From: Gammaproteobacteria bacterium
GTDB lineage: Bacteria; Pseudomonadota; Gammaproteobacteria; Steroidobacterales; UBA11654
NCBI GenBank assembly: GCA_029242945.1
Contig: JAQWSZ010000012.1
Span: 943-64,942, forward strand
DNA: 64,000 nt
Reading direction: 5' to 3'
The position numbers and the translations under genes are program-made. The notes beneath the pieces are model-generated. The model did not search any database and was not told the origin of the DNA. It saw nothing but the letters and a program-made list of their open reading frames with translations. This document shows positions 58,226 to 64,000 of this stretch, in pieces. Within the stretch, counting starts at the first letter, position 1. Each line of letters starts with the position of its first letter.

Positions 58226-59197
58226 CTATTGGGTTAAATATATAACACTTTCTTCTATGCTCTCTGTATTGATGGCTGAACAATATTTAATCTCTTGACC
58301 GAAACCTCTAAAATTCTTTTTAGTTATTGATTCTAAATTAGGTCTTTTCTCGGCAGGACTCTTACCGATACCAATTCCTCCACCAAATTCAACAATAGTA
58401 TCGATATCAAAAGCTATTGATGATTTCATGCAACCTAGCCAATTGACTGGTCTATATAACTGTTGAAACAATAATTCTTTGGTCAAGCTTCCATCTTTTT
58501 TATGTATATCAGTTGTAAAATTTGATAACACTTTAAATTTAGATAAGGTGAATTGGGCTTGATTTAAATCATTCATAAATTCGTCTGCCGCTTTTTTCAT
58601 TAAGTCAGTATGAAAGGCGCCCTCTGTATCGAGCTTTACAGTTCTCTTTTTTGGAAATAATTCTGTACAAGCATTTTGACATAAGTCTATGTCTTGATCT
58701 GTCCCACCTATAACGGTTTGTTTTGCAAGATTAATGGTTGCAACTTGGCAATTATATCGTTCAGCAATGCCCATTGCTTCATCTTGCTCGAGTGGCATTG
58801 CTAACATTGAACCGTCACCAAATTGGCTCATAAGTTGTCCTCTTTTCCTAACTAAATTCAAGCCTTCCTCAAAAGAAAGCATTTCCGAAATTATTAATGC
58901 TGTGTATTCACCCAAACTATGTCCAGCAGCCAATATTGGTTGAATGGATTGACTCGTTAATTCATTAAATACCCTATAACATGCAATTTGATGAGTTAAT
59001 AAAACAGGCTGCGTAAACTCGGTTAAACTAATTTTATGCTCGGGATCATTAAAAGAGAGTTCAGCCATATCATATCCGAGAATAGAAGACGCTTGATCGT
59101 ATGTGTTCTTTGCAACACTATAATTATTATAAATATCATAGCCAATCCCTTGATATTGCGATCCTTGGCCCGGAAATATATACATTATATTCTTCAT
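58226..59197 (-). CDS. acyltransferase of the FabD (malonyl-CoA:ACP transacylase) superfamily, stand-alone
   Basis: FPGQGSQYQGIG, nucleophile elbow GHSLGEYTA, and GAFHTDLM. The C-terminal ~90 aa diverge from canonical FabD, and no fabH/fabG/acpP neighbours are present. Confidence 0.75.
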   Translation of the reverse strand: MKNIMYIFPGQGSQYQGIGYDIYNNYSVAKNTYDQASSILGYDMAELSFNDPEHKISLTEFTQPVLLTHQIACYRVFNELTSQSIQPILAAGHSLGEYTALIISEMLSFEEGLNLVRKRGQLMSQFGDGSMLAMPLEQDEAMGIAERYNCQVATINLAKQTVIGGTDQDIDLCQNACTELFPKKRTVKLDTEGAFHTDLMKKAADEFMNDLNQAQFTLSKFKVLSNFTTDIHKKDGSLTKELLFQQLYRPVNWLGCMKSSIAFDIDTIVEFGGGIGIGKSPAEKRPNLESITKKNFRGFGQEIKYCSAINTESIEESVIYLTQ

Positions 59198-59303
59198 AAT
59201 CTCTTATTGTTATTCTTTTATCGCACTATTAAACAGAGAATCATTCTTTTGGCAACCTATTTTTCTTCTATCTACTATCTTTCTCATAAATGTGACAGAT
59301 GAT

Positions 59304-59319
59304 ATTGATTTAAATCAAT
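59304..59319. promoter_or_regulatory. perfect 16-bp palindrome in a divergent intergenic region (operator candidate)
   Basis: ATTGATTTAAATCAAT lies in the 290-bp spacer between the FabD-like gene and the oxygenase operon. AT-rich context lowers its significance. Confidence 0.25.
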
Positions 59320-59487
59320 TCAATATTTATTATTCTTTGATATAAATAAATGAGTTTATTAAGACCTATTTTGTAGATTTTTTTATATAATTCATAATCA
59401 TTCTTGTAACATTTTGTAACTATAATAATTCATTCAATACAAATGGTAATATCATAAATTCTTTCAAATGGGAGTAAATACTAAATA

Positions 59488-60660
59488 ATGAATAAAAAAA
59501 GAATAGCCGTCGTAGGTGCTGGTATTGGAGGTATGACGACAGCCGTAGCATTATCTCAAAAGGGTATGGATGTCACTATTTTTGAACAAGCACCCACTTT
59601 AAGTGAAGTGGGAGCTGGACTCACCATCACGCCTAATGCAACAAAAGGCTTGATGTATCTAAATTTAGGGAAAGAAATAGAAAAAATTGGTATGGCTCAT
59701 GAACATCAGGGTGTGAGACATTACAAAACTGGTGAAATGATTGTCCCACTTCATCGTGGTAAAAAAATGCTAGAACAATACGGTGCTTATCAGTTTCAAC
59801 TTCATAGAGCCGATATCCATGATGTCTTAATTAAAGAGCTTAAAAAAAATTCACCAGACTCTATTTTTGTTAATCATCAGCTTTGTGGTATCGAAGAAAC
59901 ATCTGAATCAGTCGAACTTAAATTTACCAACAACAAAAAATACGAATTTGATTTTGTCATTGGTGCTGATGGGAATAAATCAACTGTTAGAAACATTATT
60001 ATTGGTGATGATGATCCAGAATTTGCAGGTTATGTTGCTTGGAGAGGTTTGGTAGCAACAAAAGACCTAAGTGAAGGTGATTTTGATGAATGTGGATCTT
60101 CAGCATTTATATCTCCAGGAAGAGTTTTTGCGAGATATCTAGTCAGAAATGGAGATATCTATAACTATGTTGGATTTCTAACAACCGATGAATGGGCCGA
60201 AGAAGGTTGGTCAATTCCGTCAAAAGTTGAAACTGTCCTTAATGTTTTTTCAGATTATAATCAGCAAGTTAAAAATATTATAGCCGCTACCCCTCCAGAT
60301 CGATGTTACAAATGGGGTATTTTTACAAGAAAGCCAATAAATAAATGGTCTAGTGAAAAAGTTACCCTGCTTGGAGATGCGGCACATCCCGTAGTCCCAT
60401 TCATGGGACAAGGAGCGACTATGGCAATTGAAGATGCTGTAGTTATCGGACGAATAATAGACGACTCTTCTAGCCCTAGTGAAATAATTAATCGTTATGA
60501 AAGTGCTAGAGTTGAAAGAGCACACTTTATAATGGAGCATTCAAAAAAAGCAGGAGAAAGATTTACAGGGGCTAATCCAGATAAGTACACTAAAGAAGAT
60601 CATATGAACGAAGAAGAATTAGGACTTTTCAATTATGACCCAGGTAGTGTTATAGTTTAG
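59488..60660 (+). CDS. FAD-dependent aromatic-ring monooxygenase (salicylate / 3-hydroxybenzoate hydroxylase-like)
   Basis: GxGxxG motif RIAVVGAGIGGMTTAVALSQKGMDVTIFEQ, DG motif IGADGNKSTVR and GD motif LLGDAAHPVVPFMGQGATMAIEDA. Confidence 0.85.
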   Translation: MNKKRIAVVGAGIGGMTTAVALSQKGMDVTIFEQAPTLSEVGAGLTITPNATKGLMYLNLGKEIEKIGMAHEHQGVRHYKTGEMIVPLHRGKKMLEQYGAYQFQLHRADIHDVLIKELKKNSPDSIFVNHQLCGIEETSESVELKFTNNKKYEFDFVIGADGNKSTVRNIIIGDDDPEFAGYVAWRGLVATKDLSEGDFDECGSSAFISPGRVFARYLVRNGDIYNYVGFLTTDEWAEEGWSIPSKVETVLNVFSDYNQQVKNIIAATPPDRCYKWGIFTRKPINKWSSEKVTLLGDAAHPVVPFMGQGATMAIEDAVVIGRIIDDSSSPSEIINRYESARVERAHFIMEHSKKAGERFTGANPDKYTKEDHMNEEELGLFNYDPGSVIV

Positions 60661-60662
60661 TC

Positions 60663-61559
60663 ATGCAAACAGTTAAAGAATTATTCTATAGACCTCCATT
60701 TGTTGGCTTACTTGCCTTTATAGTTGTTTTTATTACACAAGGCTTAGGCCATACTCTCATGGTCTTAGTAGAGCAGTTTTTTGGATCCAATTATCAGTAC
60801 CAAGCAGCATTTATATTAGGTCTTCTAGGTTCAATTCTACTTTTTATTGGGATGAAAAATGATAAAGAAGTACCGGCAACTTGGTTGGGTTACTTTGCTG
60901 GATTTTTTCTTTGGACAGGATGGATTGAGTTTTCATTTGTCTTCTATGCAGAGTATTTAAATATCGTACAAATTCTTCCTGATGGCAGTATTAATAAATT
61001 TCCTGAATACTTAGTGATGCAATCCTCCATAGGTGTTTTGATGACAAGTCTCCTATATTTTTTCTTCAATCGAGAGACGAAATGTAATTTCTTTAGATTT
61101 TTCCAAAGAAATATGAAGCTTTCAACAGGAAGACCTACAAGGGGTTATAAGAGAAACTATGCCGCTGTAACGGCCATGGAAACAGTATATGTAATTTGGT
61201 TTTTTTATATTGTACTTTTATTACTATATGAAGATTCGTTTGTTGGAGACCAGCATCCTCTCACCTATGCATTTTTCTTTATCAATACCGCTTGGTCCTT
61301 ATTCCTAGTCTATCGACTCAGTAAATTCTGGAATGTAACAAGAGCAATTCGATACGCAATACCAACTGCAATTATTGCTTATACCTCTTATGAAATCATA
61401 GGGCGATGGGGAATCTTAGTAGAGTTTTGGGTCTACCCTCAAGAATATATGATTGAATTAGCTACTATTATAGGAGCTATTTCTTTAGGAATATTGATCG
61501 CTGTCTTCACCCCTACGGGTCAAAAAGAAAAACTCAATAAAGAAAAAGATCAAGGCTAG
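60663..61559 (+). CDS. polytopic membrane protein (hypothetical), inside the oxygenase operon
   Basis: About 8 hydrophobic helices, aromatic-rich. Separated by 2 nt from the upstream gene and 4 nt from the downstream gene. No family recognised. Confidence 0.5.
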   Translation: MQTVKELFYRPPFVGLLAFIVVFITQGLGHTLMVLVEQFFGSNYQYQAAFILGLLGSILLFIGMKNDKEVPATWLGYFAGFFLWTGWIEFSFVFYAEYLNIVQILPDGSINKFPEYLVMQSSIGVLMTSLLYFFFNRETKCNFFRFFQRNMKLSTGRPTRGYKRNYAAVTAMETVYVIWFFYIVLLLLYEDSFVGDQHPLTYAFFFINTAWSLFLVYRLSKFWNVTRAIRYAIPTAIIAYTSYEIIGRWGILVEFWVYPQEYMIELATIIGAISLGILIAVFTPTGQKEKLNKEKDQG

Positions 61560-61563
61560 ATTA

Positions 61564-62667
61564 ATGTATATCAATTTTTGGTATGTAGCCGATGAGAGTA
61601 AAAATATTACTGAAAAACCATTAAAAAAGAAAATGCTTGGGCAGAACTTTGTCTTATTTAGAGACAGCAAAGGAAAAGTCAATTGCCTAAGTGATGTTTG
61701 TATTCATCGAGGTGGTTCCCTCTCTGGAGGAAACGTAATTGATGATTGCATTCAATGTCCTTATCATGGATGGCGTTTTGATGGAAACGGAACTTGCCAA
61801 AAAATCCCTTCGCTAGGTACAGATGCAAAAATTCCAGCAAGAGCGAAAGTTGATTCTTATCCTACTGATGAAAAATATGGTCTGGTTTTCTGTTTTCTTG
61901 GAGATATTCCTGAAAAAGAACGTTGTCCAATCATGGAAGTTAATGAATTCGAGGAAGAAGGTTGGCGAGCTACAACCCAATACTTTCAATTTGATATCGA
62001 CTATAAACGATCAATAGAAAATGGGATTGATGGTGCGCACAACGAATTTGTTCATCCTACCCATGGTTTTTCTGGAGAAGATGGTGATTATAAATCACCG
62101 CCTATAAATATTACAGAAACAGAATGGGGTACTGGTTTTTTTAGTCAGATGTTTGCACCTCCATTAAAAGAAAAGAAGATGCGTGAAGCCTCAGGTCGGA
62201 ATAAAAATGCAGTCATGGAAGCAGGAACTGGTCATCATGGAATATCAATGTTATGGACTCACATTCATCCAACAGCAGATATCTTTATTCATCAATACAT
62301 GTATGAAACGCCAATAGATGAAACGAGCACTAATCTTTTTCTTATTAATACTAGAAACTTCCTGATTGAACCAGAACATGATGAAAGAGTCATGGAACGC
62401 AATCAAGTAGTGGCGCTCCAAGACCGTGATGTACTTATAAATTTGCAGCCAAAATTAACTCCAGAAACAATAAAAAATGAGTTTTTTGTAACTATGGATA
62501 AGCCAATAAAACGCTACAGAAAACTCTTGGATCAATGGGAGAAAAAAGGATGGAGAATTAATAGCAATCTGGTTAATCAAAATAAATTATCTCATGCATA
62601 CGCAATTCCTAGCCCAGAAAGAAGAAAGAAGAAAGGATGGGTTGTTGACTCGATACCTCTTATATAA
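61564..62667 (+). CDS. Rieske [2Fe-2S] non-heme-iron oxygenase, alpha-only (VanA/PaO/phthalate-family-like), paralogue 1
   Basis: Rieske ligands CIHRGGSL...CPYHGWRF. Mononuclear iron motif NGIDGAHNEFVHPTH. Length 367 aa. Confidence 0.85.
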   Translation: MYINFWYVADESKNITEKPLKKKMLGQNFVLFRDSKGKVNCLSDVCIHRGGSLSGGNVIDDCIQCPYHGWRFDGNGTCQKIPSLGTDAKIPARAKVDSYPTDEKYGLVFCFLGDIPEKERCPIMEVNEFEEEGWRATTQYFQFDIDYKRSIENGIDGAHNEFVHPTHGFSGEDGDYKSPPINITETEWGTGFFSQMFAPPLKEKKMREASGRNKNAVMEAGTGHHGISMLWTHIHPTADIFIHQYMYETPIDETSTNLFLINTRNFLIEPEHDERVMERNQVVALQDRDVLINLQPKLTPETIKNEFFVTMDKPIKRYRKLLDQWEKKGWRINSNLVNQNKLSHAYAIPSPERRKKKGWVVDSIPLI

Positions 62668-62689
62668 ACTTAAAATAGGATATTGTTAC

Positions 62690-62704
62690 AATTAGTTACT
62701 AATT
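62690..62704. promoter_or_regulatory. 7-1-7 palindrome upstream of the second Rieske gene (operator candidate)
   Basis: AATTAGT-T-ACTAATT is followed by TATAAT at 62732-62737 within the 99-bp spacer. Confidence 0.25.
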
Positions 62705-62766
62705 GATTTATAAAAATTTAATAACTAATACTATAATTAATTAATTTTTTTACTCTAGGAATAATA

Positions 62767-63888
62767 ATGTATATAAATTTTTGGTACCCTGTTTGTCTTA
62801 GTGAAGAGCTTAAAGAAAAGCCCTTGAAAGCAACGATACTTGGTCTTGATTTTGTGGCTTTTAGAGACAGTAATGGAAAAGCTCATTGCCTAAGTGATGT
62901 TTGTATTCATCGAGGTGGCTCCTTGTCAGGAGGACTTTGCCATACAGAAGATAACACCGTTGCTTGTCCTTATCATGGTTGGCGATTTGATAAAACGGGA
63001 AAATGTATCAGAATTCCTTCTTTAGGTCTTAAGGGTAAGATTCCAGCTAGAGCAAAAGTAGACAGTTACCCAGTTATTGAAAAATACGATATTATTTTCG
63101 CATTCCTAGGAGATCTTAATGAAGAGGAAAGACCTCCTTTATATGAAATAGAAGAATATGGAGCAGATGGTTGGAGAGCTAATAAAACAATCACAATAGA
63201 TCTAAATTATAACTATGAGCGATCTATTGAAAATGCTCTAGACCCAGCTCATAATGAATTTATCCATCCAACTCATGGTTTTGAGGGATCAAAAAATGAT
63301 TATCAAGTCAATCCATCTAAAATTACTGAAACAGCTTGGGGGGCCAATTTTGAACAATTATTTGATGCACCTCCACTAGACCAAGATGTCTATGGTGAAA
63401 CTGCAAGGGAAGAATCTGGCGAATTGACTGTGTTTGGTGGTTATCATGGTCCAAATGTGGTCATCACACAAATCCATACAAAAAAAGAAATTAATTGGTT
63501 TCATCAATATTTCTTTGAACAGCCCATCAATCAATTCCAAACTAAAGTGTTTTTTGTCAATATGAGAAATTGGATATTAGAGGAAAAATGGGATGATATG
63601 GTAATGGAAAGAAATCTTGTCATCGCTGGGGAAGACATAACTGTTATGACTGACCTCAGACCACAAGTTACTCCAGATACAATGACAAAAGAAGTTCTGG
63701 TTCCTGCAGATTTAATTATGGGGCAATATAGAAAAACCATGAAAGGTTGGGAATCTAAAGGTTACAAGATTGATAGTGAGACTCTTGATAAAAATAAACA
63801 TAATATGGCTTTTTCAATTCCCTGTCCTGCTAGAAAAAAAGAAAAAAACTGGGTACTAGACCCCATACCATTAATTAATGCTAAATAG
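62767..63888 (+). CDS. Rieske [2Fe-2S] non-heme-iron oxygenase, paralogue 2
   Basis: CIHRGGSL...CPYHGWRF and ALDPAHNEFIHPTH. Roughly 55-60 percent identical by eye to paralogue 1. Length 373 aa. Confidence 0.85.
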   Translation: MYINFWYPVCLSEELKEKPLKATILGLDFVAFRDSNGKAHCLSDVCIHRGGSLSGGLCHTEDNTVACPYHGWRFDKTGKCIRIPSLGLKGKIPARAKVDSYPVIEKYDIIFAFLGDLNEEERPPLYEIEEYGADGWRANKTITIDLNYNYERSIENALDPAHNEFIHPTHGFEGSKNDYQVNPSKITETAWGANFEQLFDAPPLDQDVYGETAREESGELTVFGGYHGPNVVITQIHTKKEINWFHQYFFEQPINQFQTKVFFVNMRNWILEEKWDDMVMERNLVIAGEDITVMTDLRPQVTPDTMTKEVLVPADLIMGQYRKTMKGWESKGYKIDSETLDKNKHNMAFSIPCPARKKEKNWVLDPIPLINAK

Positions 63889-64000
63889 TTAATCAGTTTC
63901 TTTTTTGGTATTAAATACTCGATCCATATACGATTCATTTTCTGACACTGGTAAGGACTCTTTCTCAGGAATAATACCAGAGAGTGCTTTAGCCAATTCC
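63889..64000 (-). CDS. 3' end of an unidentified gene running off the window
   Basis: The minus-strand frame is open from nt 64000 to the TAA at 63889-63891 (...ELAKALSGIIPEKESLPVSENESYMDRVFNTKKETD). It abuts the convergent Rieske gene with no spacer. Too short to classify. Confidence 0.25.
   Translation of the reverse strand, partial: ELAKALSGIIPEKESLPVSENESYMDRVFNTKKETD

Noticed and set aside
59036-59302. 88-aa plus-strand ORF spanning the 5' end of the FabD-like gene and its promoter
   Set aside because: It is a shadow or AT-rich read-through ORF with a repetitive I/L/N-rich translation.
61485-61682. 65-aa minus-strand ORF across the membrane-protein / Rieske gene junction; also 61823..62017 and 63531..63740
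   Set aside because: These are nested in or opposite well-supported oxygenase-operon genes, with no independent signals.

Overview
This is an AT-rich, very gene-dense chromosomal segment with tiny spacers, many overlapping stop/start codons and convergent genes that abut. It looks like a streamlined marine-type proteobacterium. The local synteny (rpsT<>murJ-ileS-lspA and ispB<>rplU-rpmA-obg) is gammaproteobacterial in style. A SAR86-like origin is only a guess. All family calls rest on motif recognition by eye in the supplied translations; no search was run.

Layout:
- 1-3.6 kb: a mobile-element or phage-type gene block (endonuclease VII, a recombinase-like DNA binder lacking a catalytic domain, a zinc-ribbon protein) abutting the 3' end of tRNA-Thr(CGU).
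- 4.4-7.9 kb: isocitrate lyase divergent from a RamB/ScfR-type XRE regulator, with a periodic direct-repeat operator candidate.
- 7.9-19.4 kb: housekeeping genes (apbC, a Fur-family regulator, lspA, ileS, murJ, rpsT, obg, rpmA, rplU, ispB, trhO).
- 19.4-24.5 kb: orphan exported and membrane proteins.
- 24.5-26.1 kb: copper chaperones PCuAC and SCO1.
- 26.2-29.7 kb: an uncharacterised divergon in which a DUF169 protein and a flavin-reductase-like protein both carry a protochlorophyllide-reductase-type C-terminal domain, followed by a membrane methyltransferase, a mini-kinase and a small membrane protein.
- 29.7-32.3 kb: metY and a homocysteine methyltransferase behind a structured leader.
- 32.3-36.9 kb: aceE and ilvD.
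- 36.9-42.4 kb: a complete coenzyme F420 operon (npdG-cofE-cofD-cofC-fbiC), with an F420-type LLM oxidoreductase 5 kb downstream.
- 43.3-46.7 kb: a Fur-box-controlled TonB receptor and an FTR1 permease.
- 46.8-47.2 kb: hsp20.
- 48.9-55.9 kb: a compact methylmalonyl-CoA pathway operon.
- 59.5-63.9 kb: an oxygenase operon with two tandem Rieske paralogues.

No rRNA, CRISPR array or transposase was seen.
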